From Mobula hypostoma (taxonomy: Eukaryota), in NCBI RefSeq assembly GCF_963921235.1, contig NC_086097.1, positions 237,772,001 through 237,836,000 on the forward strand: a stretch of DNA of 64,000 nucleotides, given 5' to 3'. Positions within the stretch are counted from its first letter, which is position 1, and each line of letters begins with the position of its first letter. The notes under the pieces are model-generated. The model worked only from the letters and a program-made list of their open reading frames with translations, was not told the origin of the DNA and ran no database searches. Positions 24,588-37,700 of the stretch are shown in pieces. The translations under genes and the position numbers were made by a program.

Positions 24588-25760
24588 GCTGGATCCTAGA
24601 CTTCCTGACTGGGAGACCTCAGTCAATCGGGATCGGAAGCAGCATCTCCAGCACCATCACACTGAGCATGGGGGCCCTCCAGGGCTGTGTGCTCAGTCCA
24701 CTGCTGTTCACTCTGTTGACCCACAACTGTGCAGCAATACACAGCTCGAATCACATCATCAAGTTCGCCAATGACACAACCATGGTGGATCTCATCAGCA
24801 AGAACGATGAGTCAGCATGCAGAGAGGAGGTGCAGCGGCTAACGGACTAGTGCAGAGCCAACAACCTGTCTCTGAATGTGAACAAAACAAAAGAGATGGT
24901 TGCTGACTTCAGGAGAGCACGGAGCGACCACTCTCCACCCAACATTGACGGCTCCTCCATAGAGATCGTTAAGAGCACCACATTTCTTGGTGTTCACCTG
25001 GCAGAGAATCTCACCTGGTCCCTCAACACCAGCTCCATAGCAAAGAAAGCCCAGCAGTGTCTCTACTTTCTGCAAAGGCTGAGAAAAAGTCCATCTCCCA
25101 CCTCCCATCCTCACCACATTCTACAGAGGATGTATCGAGAGCATCCTGAGCAGCTGCATCACTGCCTGGTTCAGGAATTGCACCGTCTCACATCACAAGA
25201 CCCTGCAGCGGATAGTGAGGTCAGCTGAGAAGATCATCGTGGTCTCTCTTCCCGCCATTACAGACATTTATACCACACGCTGCATCTGTAAAGCTGACAG
25301 CATTATGAAGGACCCCATGCTCCTCTCATACAAACTCTTCTCCCTCCTGCCATCTGGCAAAAGGTACTAAAGCATTCGGGCTCTCACGACCAGACTGTGC
25401 AACAGTTTCTTCCCCCAAGCCATCAGACTCCTTAATACCCAGAGTCTAGACTGACATCCACATCATTTATTATTATATTGTAATTTGTCCTCTACTGTGC
25501 CTACTGTTTGTTTATTATTTATTGTACTGCCCTGCACTGTTTTGTGCACTTTATGTACTCTTGTGTAGGTCTATAGCCTAGTGTAGTTTCTGTGTTGTTT
25601 TACGTAGTCTAGTGTAGCCTTGTGTTGTCTCACTTAGTCCAGTGTAGTTTTGTGTTGTTTCATGTAGCACCATGGTCCTGGAGGAATGTTGTTTCATTTT
25701 TACTGTGTCCTGTACCAGCAGTTTATGGTCGAAATGACAATAAAAAGCGACTTGACTTGA
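24588..25760 (+). mobile_element. Rex1/Babar-type LINE, 5'-truncated
   Basis: [46 protein letters not shown]. The 3' UTR has about three tandem ~31-bp units (25565-25665) and a gactt tail. Confidence 0.92.
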
Positions 25761-26864
25761 GAGCAATTGGCAAAATCGGTTACTGTCTATACTGCAGCTT
25801 TGTCCAGATTCTTACAATTTGTCTGCTGTGGACACTCAAAGTTTATGGGTCATACTGCAAAGAAGGCACAACAGCAGTTATATTTCATTAGGAGGTAGAT
25901 AATAGTCCGCACTATTGTTCCTTTTACCAAAATGCATTATCATACATTTCCTAACACTATATTCCATCTGCCACTTTTTTATATTATTGACTAGTCTGCC
26001 CTCATATTTCATCTTTTCCCTTCTTATAGCTTTTTTTTACTTCCTTTTTGTTGGATTTTCAAAACTTCTCAATCATCCAACTTCCCACTTACTTTTGTTA
26101 CATAATATGCCCTTTCTTTGGCTTTTATGCAAACCTTAATTTCCTTTGTCAGCCACAGTTGCCAAAGCTGCCTTGTTTGCATCGTGGTATGACTTTTTAG
26201 GTTATTAAGAAATGTACCTATGTTTTGGAAATCCTTACTGCTTTTATGTTTTGTGTTCAGTGCTTTTGAAATGGTTTGCAAGTGGGAAATGTTTAAGACA
26301 AAAATCTGCTGTGAGTTTTAAACATATTTTAAGTGTTGTGTGGATTTACATATTTATCACTGAAAATAAATGAACTGTGTTTTAAACTACTTAATTAGCT
26401 GTAAGTATTTTCTCCTTCATAGGGAGGAGGGATCCATTGCTCGAATAGTGGGTACTGTCAGCTAAACCTTTTGTGGGGAATAAACAGGGATGTGAACGAG
26501 TCTTTGAAGATTGGGTAGTTACAGTATAATCTTCTTTTAGTGAGAGTACTGGTGGCTATTTATTTTGGATTGGCTTAAAGTCTTCCTTTGAGTTGGAACT
26601 TTGCAGTCAGCAGACCCAATACAATCACATTATAATTACACCCAATGAAGTGGCCTCCTCAGCTATCTGTGTTTATGAATGCCACAGACTCACCACCTAT
26701 TGGCTAAAGAAATTCCTCTTCATCTTTGTTCTAAAGGGATTCCCCTTGTTCCTAAAGATGTTCATCCTCAGAGAGATTAGATGGATCATAGCAGGTGAAT
26801 TACAATCAATTTTGTGAATTTGAGGCAATTATGCATCTGGTGTTTTCTAGTACACATGTCTGCT

Positions 26865-27349
26865 GGCTGGTTTAGAGGGCGTGAGTTATCATAAGAGGCT
26901 GGATAATCTTTGGTTGTTTTCTCTGGAGCGTTGGAGACTGAGGTGAGATCTGATAAAGCTTTATAAGATTATGAGAGGCATAGATAAAGTGGGCAGAGAG
27001 CATCTGTTTGCCAGGGTTGAGATGTTTAATACCAGAGGTCAAGCACTGAAGATGAGAGGGAGTAAGTTCAAGGGGGAAGTGAGGGGTTAGATTTTTACTC
27101 AGAGGGTGGTGGGTGTCTGGAATGCACTGCCTGGTATGGTGGTAGAGGCAAATCCAATAGAGGCTTTTAAGAGATGTTTAGATAGGCACATGGATGCAAG
27201 GAATATGGGGGGGGGGGGTGGATACAGACATTGTGTAGGTAGGAGGGATTAGTGTTTGCATGTTTTTGATTTGCTTTTTGCTAGTTTGACACAACATTGT
27301 GGGCCAACTGACCTTTTCCTGTGCTGTACTCTTCTAAGCACTATGTTCC
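26865..27349 (+). mobile_element. CR1-type LINE 3' end
   Basis: Contains tttttactcagagggtggtgggtgtctggaatgcactgcc and a cctgtgctgtactcttcta tail. Confidence 0.85.
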
Positions 27350-27481
27350 AATAGTAACTATAACATTGAAGGATCAGCCAGAATGCAAGAGACAACAGAC
27401 TGTACAAATGCAAATATTAATAAATAGCAATAAATTATAAGAACATGAGATAATGGGATAAAGAGTCCTTAGAGTGAGGTC

Positions 27482-28313
27482 TAAACTCTAGATTTTAGAT
27501 TTTAGATTTAGCTGTGAAAACATCAATAATTTCAGAAATGAGGATGACACTGCGCTAATTGTAAGTACAGAAGAACTACAAAACTTAATTGATATAGTTG
27601 TTGAAGAAAGTGCAAAAATGGGTCTAGCTATCAATTGCAAAAAGACAGAATGTATAGTGACATTCAGAAAGAAAGGGAATCGTACCTGCAGGCTGAGAAT
27701 AAATGGGGAAGACATAAAACAAGTACAGAACTTTTGCTACTTAGGAAGCTGGGTGACATCAGATGGCAGGTGCGACATGGACATCAAAAGAAGAATAGGG
27801 ATGGTAAAGACACCTTCACGAGAATGAAGAGTATACTGACTAATATGAAACTAACATGACAACCCGCCTCAGAGTACTGAAATGTTACTTTTATCCAGAT
27901 ATGTTATATGGCTCAGAATGTTGGACAATATCTAGTAACACAAGGAAAAAAATTGAAGCAGCAGAGATGTGGTTTTTGAGGAAGATATAAAGAATATCAT
28001 GGACGAAACGAATATCTAACGAGGATGTCATGAACAGAGCAAACACAAAAAGAGAAATAATGTTTGAGATCATGAAAAGGCAATGTAACTTCATTGGACA
28101 TGTGATTAGGAAAGAGGAGTTAGAATGCACGGTAATTATGGGAAAGATTGAAGGGAAGAAAGCAAGTGGAAGACAAAGTCAAATGATGATGGAGACAGCA
28201 GCCAGAGAAATGGAAATGAATACCAATGAATTGATCCACTTAACCCGAAACAGGAGTGTGTGGGCCATGGTAGTCAAAGCTCAAACTGGGCACAGCACCT
28301 GATGATGATGATG
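27482..28313 (+). mobile_element. RTE-clade LINE, 5'-truncated, 11-bp TSD
   Basis: ORFs GLAINCKKT...FCYLGS...DIKRRIG and IGHVIRKEELE...GKIEGKK..GR, with a (gat)n tail. TSD agagtgaggtc at 27471-27481 and 28314-28324. Confidence 0.93.
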
Positions 28314-29704
28314 AGAGTGAGGTCATTGGCTGTTCTGATCTCCCTTGCACCACCTCAATGATGGGACAAGTGAGTGTATCTATCCCCTTTTATTCAAGAT
28401 GACGAGTGGTGATGTTGTGTGGGTTGTCATTCTATTCAAGTTACCTGCGCAACGTCCCAGAATATACAAATCCAATTGCCACTGGACATGAAATGTATCT
28501 CGGACTATCCAAATTCACTTGCATGCAGCAGTTTCACATTCGTGCCACATACCAATGGAAAGGAACAGAAACAGTGTCATCACCAGTGAAGATTTGATGT
28601 TCAACAGCGCTGATGGGCTACAGCCATTAGCAGGGGTGATGTTAGCTAAAAAGCTCTGCCATTGAGATTTAATGGAAAAGAGATGCTATCTGAGAAAGTA
28701 GCAGAGAACTAGTGTACATTTAAAACTAATCTATGAGTATTATTTTGAAATGTATAACACACGGTTTTCTTAGCTTGCAATTGAATGTCACATTCCAATA
28801 ATTAGGTGGCTCACCAAAGAAGAATGTTCCTTTGATTTTATAGCCTTTGAAAATAGCCACAACATACTGACTCTATTTATACTGTAAAATAACTTCTAAA
28901 GCAAATAATACATGCAACAGCATTCTGGCTAATCAAGGTCAATTGCTTAAGTACTGCAGACATAAATTAATTGAGATATTGCCAGAATTTCTAAATGTAT
29001 GCAGGATGCAAGGCTAAACTGAGCAGTCCTGTTTCAAAAATAAGTGTCCAATCTCAGAATTTGCATATGATGCATAATTGAAAAAAGATAAATCACATTT
29101 TTTTACTGTCCCACTCCAGGTTATGAATGCCCAACATATGCACACTGAATCATACTGACTGCCATAAATATTAAATTCAAACAAGAACCGGTTTTGAACA
29201 AAAAAACTGTTTACATGTCAGATATCATTATCTCAAAAGAACACAGGCTGCCATCTTCACCACAGGAGGCCACTTAAGAGAGTTGCTTTGGAAATTGACA
29301 AGCAGTCCCTTCGGTTTATACTTGTGCAAGAATAGTCTATTAAACAATGTAACATTTACTGATACTTCAAGCCCGTTAAAACCAGTCATCGAAACCAGCG
29401 GGACTTCCTGATTCTGTACATGATAGCTAGGCTGAGGAAGCCAAATAAATATTCATTTTAATTAACGCTCTTCAACACTATTCATCACAATACTGTGCTA
29501 TGATTACTGCCTTGAGTGATTTAGAGCATTTTTCATCATATGGACAAAATTAGCTAACAGACATCTGTAAAATCGGATTCTGTTTGAAACTCATGAGCTA
29601 TTAAACTCTTTAGCTATTAAACTATTCCAAAGTTCCTGGCAAAACTACGAACAAGCAAATATTAATACTGAACCACAAGTAATAATTTACCAAAAGAATG
29701 AGAT

Positions 29705-31058
29705 AGACCATAAGACCAAAAGACATAGGAGTAGAATTAGGCCATTCAGCCCATCGAGTCTGCTCTGCCCTTCTATCATGGCTGATCCCAGCTCCCATTC
29801 AACTCCACACACTTTCCTTCTCACCATATCCTTTGATGCCATGACCAATCAGGAAACAATCAACTTCCACCTCAAATATACCCACAGACTTGGCCTCCAC
29901 CACAGTCTATGGCTGACCATTCTAAAGATTCACTACTATCTGGCCAAAACAAAAATCCTCATGGCCTTTGTTCTAAAAGGGAACTCCTCAATTTTGAAGC
30001 TGTGCCTTCTAGTTCTGAATACCCCCACTATAGGAAACATCCTCTCCACATCCACCCCATCTAGTCCTGTCAACATTTGGTATGACTCAATGAGATCCCC
30101 ACACATTTTTCTAAATTCCAGTGAGTACAGGCCCAAAGCTGCCAAATGCTTCTCATATGTTAACCCCTTCATTCCCGGAATCATCCTCATGAACCTCCTC
30201 TGGAATTTCTCCAATGACAACACATCCTTTCTGAGATATGGGGCCCAAAGCTTTTGACGATACTCCAAGTGCAGCCTGACTAGTTTCTAATAAAGGCTCA
30301 GCATTAGCTCCTTACTTTTATATTCATTTCCCTTTGAAATAAATGCTAACATTGCATTTGCCTCCTTTACCACAGACTCAATCTGTGAATTAACCTTCTG
30401 GGAGTCTCACACCAGGACTCCTAAGACCCTTTGCACCTCTGCTGTTTGAATTTTCTCCCCATTTAGATAATAGTCTGCACCAATAGTTCCTTTCACAAAA
30501 ATGCATTATCATACAATTCCCAACTCTGTATTCTATCTGCCACTTTTTTGCCCATTCTTTCAATTTGTCTAAGTCCTGCTGCAATCACATTGTTTCCTCA
30601 GCACTACCTACCCCTCCACCTATCTTAATATCACCTGCAAACTTTGCCACAAAGCCATAAATTCCATGATCCAAATCATTGACAAACAATGTGAAAAGTA
30701 GCAGTCCCAGTAGTGACCCCTGAGGAATACCACTAGTCACTGTCAGCCAAGCAGAAAAGGCCCCCTTTATTCCCCCTCGCTGCCTCCTGCCTGTCAGCCA
30801 TTCCTCTATCCACGCCAGTATTTTTCCTCCAACGTCATAGGATTTTATCTTGCTAAGCAGCCTCATATATGGCACCTTATCAATGCCTTCAGAAAATCCA
30901 AGTAAATGACATCCACTGTCTCTCCTTTGTCCACTCCACTTGTTATTTCCTCGAAGAACCCTAACAGATCTGTCAGAAGAGTTTTCCCTTCACGGAAACT
31001 ATGCTGACTTTGACTTATTCTAACATTAGTCTCCAAGTACCCTGAAACCTCATCCTTA
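29705..31058 (-). mobile_element. CR1-type LINE RT + 3' end, decayed
   Basis: ORFs DVIYLDF, SGIPQGSLLG, VAKFAGD and WAPYLRKD...GLYSLEFR. Confidence 0.9.
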
Positions 31059-31647
31059 AGCAATCACTCAAAGACAAAAATTGCAGGGAGGTGGGAAGTT
31101 AAGATCCAAGGCACCTGACGACAGAGCTACTACAATGAAAATCAGGACATCTCAGGAGGTCAGAATTGGTGGATCAGGATGATACTGGTGTTATACTGAA
31201 AGGATTATTTTCTATGGAAATGAGTGGTAGGTAGAGCAAGGTCATCTAATTTTGAAGAAAAGGAGGAGGAATTTAAACCAGTTTTATTTCTATCAGTCAG
31301 TGGTTAGAAGGACAAATGAAAATGTGCAAACAGATTGAGATTGAATGATTGTAGTGTGTGATTGATTGTAAAATGAGTGGGTGGCTGTCAAAAGAGCATT
31401 GGGACAGTCCATATTGAAGCTTTGCAATTAGATTAGTTCAGTCTTAGATAATATCCAGAAGACTGGATGGAGTCAATGGCCAGGGAATAGTAGTGGGAAT
31501 GAACAATGGCAGCTCTGGTTTTTCCAATACATAACTGGAGGAATATTCTGCTCATCGAAGATTGGATTGTCAGTAAATCAACAGACAAACAAAGCAACAA
31601 GAAGGTGCAACAAACTAGCAGAAAACACGAGGAAGAAGATGTTTGCA

Positions 31648-34568
31648 ATTCAGAATCAGGTTTATTATCACTGGCATGTGATGTGAAATTAGTTAACTTA
31701 GCAGCAGCAGTTCAAATTAAAATATTTTGGGTGTGATATTTAATTTGATGTTATATTTTAACACCTACTTGCATCGTTCGTTGGTTATGTATTGCATTGT
31801 ATGACATAGCTGATCATGGTCTTTCCATGACTATGATTATTCTCAGCAAATTTTTCTACAGACGTGGTTTGCCATTGCTTTCTTCTGGACCGTGACTTTG
31901 CAAGATGAGTAACCTCAACCATTATTAATACTCTTCTGAGATTGCCTGGCATGTGACGTGAAATTTGTTAACTTAGCAATAGCAGTTCAATGCAGTACAT
32001 AATCTAGCAGAGAAAATTAATAATGATAATAAATAAACAAGTAAATCAATTATAGATTTAAAAAAATGCAAAATCAGAAACACTGTATATTAAAAAAAAG
32101 TGAGGTAGTGTCCAAAGATTCAATGTGCATTTAGGAATCGGATGGCAGAGGGGAAGAAGCTGTTTCTGAATTGCTGAGGGTGTGACTTCAGGTTTCTATA
32201 CCTCGTACCTGATGGTAACAGTGAGGAAAGGGTATGCCTAGGTGCTGAACATCCTTAATAATGGACGCTGCCTTTCTGAGACACCACTCCCTGAAGACAC
32301 TATCAAGACAGAGCTGACTAGATTTACAACATTTTGCAGCTTCTTTCGGTCCTGTGCAGTAGCCCCTCCATACCAGACAGTGATGCAGCCTGTCAGAATG
32401 CTCCCCACGGTATAACTATAATAGTTTTTGAATGTAATTGTTGACATGCCAAATCACTTCAAACTCCTAATGAAGTATAGCCGCTGTCTTGCCTTCTTTA
32501 TAACTACATTGATATGTTGGGACCAGGTTAGATCCTCAGAGATCTTGACACCCAGGAACTTGAAACTGCTCACTCTCTCCACTTCTCATCCCTCTATGAG
32601 GATTGGTATATGTTCCATCATCTTACCCTTCCTGAAGCCACAATCAGCTCTTTCATCTCAGTGATGTTGAGTGCCAGGTTGTTGCTGTGGCACCACTCCA
32701 CTAGTTGGCATATCTTACTCCTCTACGCCCTCCCGTCACCATCTGAGATTCTACCAAAAATGGTTCTATTGTCAGCAAACTTATAGATGGTATTTGAGCT
32801 ATGCCTAGCCACACAGTCATGTGTATATAGAGAGTAGAGCAGTGGGTTAAGGACGCACTCCTGAACTGTGCTAGTGTTGACCGTCAGCAAGGAGTATATG
32901 TTATTACCAATCTGCACAGATTGTGGTCTTCCAGTTAAGAAGTCAAGGATCCAATTGCAGAGGGAGGTACAGAGGCCCAGGTTCTGCAACTTCTCAATCA
33001 GGATTGTGGGAATGATGGTGTTAAATGCTGAGCTATAGTCGATGAACAGCATCCTGACATAGGTGTTTATGTTGTCTAGGTAGTCTAAGGCCGTGTGAAG
33101 AGCTATTGAGATTGTATCTGCCATTGACCTGTTATGGCAATAGGCAAACTGCAATGGGTCCAGGCCCTTGTTGAGGCAGGAGTTCAGTCTAGTCATGACC
33201 AACCTCTCAAAGCATTTAATCACTGTTGATGTGAGTGCTACCGGGCAATAGACATTAAGGCAGCCCACATTATTTTTCTGAGGCACTGGTATAATTGTTT
33301 ACTTTTTGAATCAAGTGGGAACTTCCTTCTGTAGCAGTGAGAGGATGAAAATATCCTTGAATATTCCCGTTAGTTGGTTGGCGCAGGTTTTCAGAGCCTT
33401 ACTCCATTGGGACCTTCTGCCTTGTGAGGGTTCATTCTCTTTAAAGACAGTCTATAATAGGCTTCTGAGACAGAGATCACAGGGTCATCAGGTGCAGCAG
33501 GGATCTTCACAGCTGTAGTTGTGTTCTCCCTTTCAAAGCGTGCATAGAAGGTATTGAGTTCATCTGGTAGTGAAGCATTGCTGCCATTCGGGTTTCACTT
33601 CGTAGGAACTAATGTCTTGCAGACCCTGCCAGAGTTGCCATGCATCTGATGTCGCCTCCAACCTCATTCAAAATTGTCTCTTCACTCTTGAAATAGCCTT
33701 CCGCAAATCATACCTGGCTTTCTGGCACAGGCCTATGTCACTGGACCTGAATGCCACAGATCTAGCGTTCAGCAGATGACGTACCTCCTGGTTCATCCAC
33801 GGCTTTTGGTTTGGGAATGTACAGTAAGCCTTTGTGGGCACACACTCGTCCGCACAGGTTTTAATGAAGTTGCTAACAACTGCAGCATACTCATCTCGGT
33901 TCGAAGATGAGTCCCTGAATACAGTCCAGTCCACCGATTCAAAACAGTCTTGTGGGCATTCCTGTGCTTCCCTTGTCCATACCTTCTTGGTCCTCACTGC
34001 TGGTGCTGCAGTCTTCAGTCTCTGCCTATACTCAGGGAGTAGAAGTATAGAGAAGTATAGCTAGGTGATCAGAGTTCCTGAAGTGAGGGCGTGGAACAGC
34101 AAGGTAGGCAATCTTGATGGTGATGTTACTGTGCTCCAGTGTGTTATTTCCTCTAGTATTGCAAGTGATATGTTGATGGTAATTGCTTAGTGATTTTTTT
34201 CAGAATGGCCTGGTTAAAATCTCCCAAAACGATGATGAAGGCGTTAGGGTGCGCTGTTTCGTGCATTTTTATCCCATTGTTCAGATCATTGATCCCATTG
34301 TAAAGCCTGCTTGACATTGGCCTGAGGTGGAATGTAAACTGCTACCAAAATGACCCCAGAGAACTTCAGTGGTCAGTAAAAAGGACTGCACTTTACTGCT
34401 GGATACTCCAGGTCTGGTCAGCAGAATTGGGACAGCCCTGATATATTTGTTCACCAAGAAGAAAGAGTTGATTATGAGGCATACTCCTCCATCTCCGCTT
34501 TTGAGGGACTCTATAGATCTATCCTGATGGTGTATAGTAAACCTGTCGATCTGAATCACTGTATCCGG
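31648..34568 (-). mobile_element. Rex1/Babar-type LINE, near-complete ORF2 (AP endonuclease + RT), disrupted
   Basis: Endonuclease region (QDRS..SLKSGDGGVCL, GDFN), QDCFESVDW...NQKPWM and a 187-aa RT segment at 32723-33286 ([26 protein letters not shown]). The 3' UTR ends at about 31648. Confidence 0.93.
31770..31950 (-). mobile_element. RTE-derived bipartite element, 3' half
   Basis: gtggtttgccattgctttcttctgg is the reverse complement of the RTE motif; (aacg)n tail. Confidence 0.7.
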
Positions 34569-35460
34569 TATTTCAGACGTTACAAAAGAAAAACAGATAG
34601 GTACAATGTACTATCTCTGTTGCCAAACATTCTGGCACCAACATAGCATGCCCACAGTTCTGAGCAGAACACAGGCTGCAGCAGCAACAAAATAACAAAT
34701 CAAGACAAGAAAACAAGGCCTTCCCCCCCTCCCCCCACACACACACAGCCCTGAGACATCAGACAAGGTAATTTGATTCTAAACAATTGGTCCATGTCTC
34801 TCTGGTACTTCCCACTTGCTCCTCTCTCCCTTCCACTTTTCCCAACTATGATTCCCCTCTTTCTTCCCTATTCCAACTCATAGTCCTCAATAGAGACCCA
34901 TATCTGAATCGGGTTTATCATCACTCCCATGTGTCATGAAATTTGTTGTTTTTTTGCAGCAGCAATACAGTGGAATACATAAAATTACTACCGTACTGTG
35001 CAAAAGTCTTAGGCACCCTAGATATATATATGAATCATAGAGTCATAGAGTCATGGAAGAGTACAGCACAGAACCAAGCCCTTCAATCTATCTAGTGCAA
35101 AACCATGTAAGCTGCCTACTGCCATTGATCTGCACTGGAGCCATAGCCCTCCATAAGCCTATCCATGTAACAATCCAAATTTCTCTTAAACATTGAAATC
35201 AAGTTTGCATGCACCACTTGTGCTGTCTGCTCATTCTACACTGTCACGATCATCAGAGTGAAGAAATTCCCCATCATATTTCCCTTAAACCTTTCTCCTT
35301 TCACCCTTAAACCATGACCTCTGGTTGTTGTCCCACCCAGCTTGAGTGGAAAAAGCATGCTTGCATTTATCCTATCTGTACCTCTCATAATTTTGTATAC
35401 CTCTATCAAATCTTCTCTGAATCTTCTATGTTCCAAGGAAAAGGTCCTAACTTATTCAAT

Positions 35461-35934
35461 ATTTGGAAGTTTGTTGAGAAGAAGTCATTAGCGATCAGTT
35501 GTGGATGTTGTCTCCACGGAAAGCCAGCTTATATACTCCTCCAGGGTCTGAATGGATATTGGTGAGACACCGTTGTCTGGTTGGCTGGTTCAGAACAGTT
35601 CAGCAGTTGAAGATTCTGAGTGGCTAAGTTCAAAGAAGGTCCACTAGAGGTGTTTGCTTCGCTGTCTAGATCCAACTACTACTACTACTACGTCGACTCA
35701 GGCCCAGGGGGCCGGCATCGGGCAGTAGTAGTAGTAGATCCCAAGATTACTGGCAATTTGTTGAATTTTGACATCCTTGTTTCTCTTTTCTCCGTGAGGG
35801 TTCGTATACCAGATCTACGTCGATGTATTTGTTGATGGATTGCTCTGTAGGGAACCACGCTTCGAGAAATTCTTTTTTTTTTTCTTGTTCATTCTTGAAT
35901 CAAAACTCTGGTTGTCATCCAGTTGAAATGGTGT
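35461..35934 (-). mobile_element. Second Penelope-like family (Poseidon-like) GIY-YIG C-terminus + 3' UTR
   Basis: The minus strand translates HHFNW.TTRVL..., then after a frameshift in an A11 run EFLEAWFPTEQSINKYIDVDLVYEP. This resembles the PLE endonuclease C-terminal REFLEAWHS..SIN motif. Flanked by a 10-bp duplication with 1 mismatch. Confidence 0.7.
35674..35734 (-). mobile_element. Tiny LINE 3'-end insertion (RTE-like) with inverted (gta)n tails
   Basis: (tac)n-gtcgactcaggcccagggggccggcatcgggc-(agt)n, flanked by tagatcc at 35667-35673 and 35735-35741. Confidence 0.6.
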
Positions 35935-37700
35935 CCTATTCAATCTTTCCTTGTAACTCAAGCCCTCCAGACTCGGTAGCATCCTTGAAAATTTTCTCTG
36001 TACTCTTTCAACCTGATTTACATCTTTGCTGTGCCTAAGACCTTTGCACAGTACTGTACATGTGACAAATAAATTTGAATCTGAAGCAGGAGGACAATGA
36101 CAAATGGTTGGGAACTCCAGACAGAATTGCTTGGGAGGAGGAAAAGAAGCTGTATAGTATAGATATAAAATCAAAACATTCATCACATGTCATTTGGGCA
36201 GAATTTGTAAATGAAGTTGACCGATATAGTAATATATAGACCATTACTGGCAAACTATTACAATTTGCTTCACTTCAATAATAAATAAGAAGGTTATACA
36301 TCAAAGACGGCAATTCCATCTATTTTCGAGTGTATTTCATGATTTTGTAGCAGCATCAAATTTTTCAGTCCCTCTGTTCAAGGACATGCACCAATATTTA
36401 AGGGTAGGTTCCACAAGTTCATGATTCTGCCTCAAAAATATGTGCATCAGATGATTGTTTTGGAAATTCAGGAATAAAAAACAGCAGAGAACATCTTTGG
36501 AATTATTCACTTACAGAAACAAATAGTTTTAGTCTGAAGAACTGCTTCTGCACCATCAATTCGTAAAAATCTATCCAGAAGTTTAATTTTGAAATGAAAC
36601 TATCTATTGACTGCAATGCATTTGAATAAATACAAGACCAGCAACTTCTCCTTTGCTAGTGTTTTATTTGTGCGCATCTGCTGGTGGATTTGTTAGTTAA
36701 TCTAAATCCATTATCCAAAGAAGCTTTCCAAAAACTATTAGCTATAAATCTTATGCTTAATCATCTATAATATAAAACTGAAATGGTTTTTATTTAAAAG
36801 CACCTGAGCTGCTTTTCTCCTGATTCCGTCCAGTGTCTCAAGAAGACTCAACATGTCAGAGGACTGTCGGATGATGTTAGTAAATCTGTATTTACTTCTA
36901 GAAACAAATCACTTCCGTAAATAACCATTGATTGGAATGCAATTAGAAATTACAAATGGGAATTAGGTGATGGAAAGCTGTGACTAACAATGTAATTGGC
37001 CTGGAATGTGTAACGTGTATAATAGTGCAGCTGTCAGTGACCTGTATCATATCAGGATGAAACCTGACAGTGATTTTTAGGTTCATGCATCAGATGTAGA
37101 ACAGTATAGTGTCCTCAGCCTATGATGAAGGCAAGAGATTGTGGCTGATAGGGAAAATAAATCAGCCACGATGAAATGGCAGAGCAGACTCCATGGGTTA
37201 AATGGTCTAATTCGCCCCTATATTTTATGGTTTTATGGACTCTTTAACTCTAACCATTCCCTCCCATTTAGCCCTCCATTTTTCCTTCATCCATGTGCCT
37301 ATCTTTAATGTATGTTTGATGTCCCCAATGTATCTGCCATATATGTGGATTGAAATGCAGAAATTCATCTTCTGTCAGCCACTGCTTTGTCCTTCATAGG
37401 ATGCAAAGTTGCTGACTTGTCTTGTGTAGTCATAGGGTCATGGAGTTATACAACATGGAAACAGGCCCCTCAGCCAAACCCATCCATGCCAACCAAAATG
37501 TCCATGTGAGCTCGGCCCATTTGCCTGCATTTGGCAGATACACCTCTAGACCTTTTCCATCCAAGTGCATGTCCTAAAGCCTTCTAACGTTGTAATTGTA
37601 GATGCCTCTACAGCATCCTCTGGCTGCCCATTCTATATACTGTGTGAAAAATTTACTCCCCATGTCCCTTTTAAATCTTTTCCCCTCTCGTCGTAAATCT

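Larger units (their letters stand above)
35033..36030 (-). mobile_element. CR1-type LINE 3' end, split by a Penelope fragment
   Basis: ORF 35236-35436 (EDLIEVYKIMRG) and ERVQRKFSRMLP at about 35945-36020. c(t/c)tattcaat is duplicated at 35451-35460 and 35935-35944. Confidence 0.85.
34741..36056 (+). mobile_element. Composite Tc1-type MITE (family of 46722-47237), left end missing, interrupted by CR1
   Basis: The body is colinear with about 46914-47198. Internal TIR copy gtactgtgcaaaagtcttaggcac at about 34993-35016; right TIR gtgcctaagacctttgcacagtactg at 36031-36056, followed by TA. Confidence 0.75.

Noticed and set aside
25565..25665. CRISPR-like or regulatory repeat array
   Set aside because: Simple tandem ~31-bp units with no unique spacers, inside a Rex1 3' UTR, in a eukaryotic context.
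31080..31640. Old L2-like LINE fragment (also about 24330-24500 and 53930-54340)
   Set aside because: The purine-rich texture is suggestive, but I could not read a diagnostic motif.
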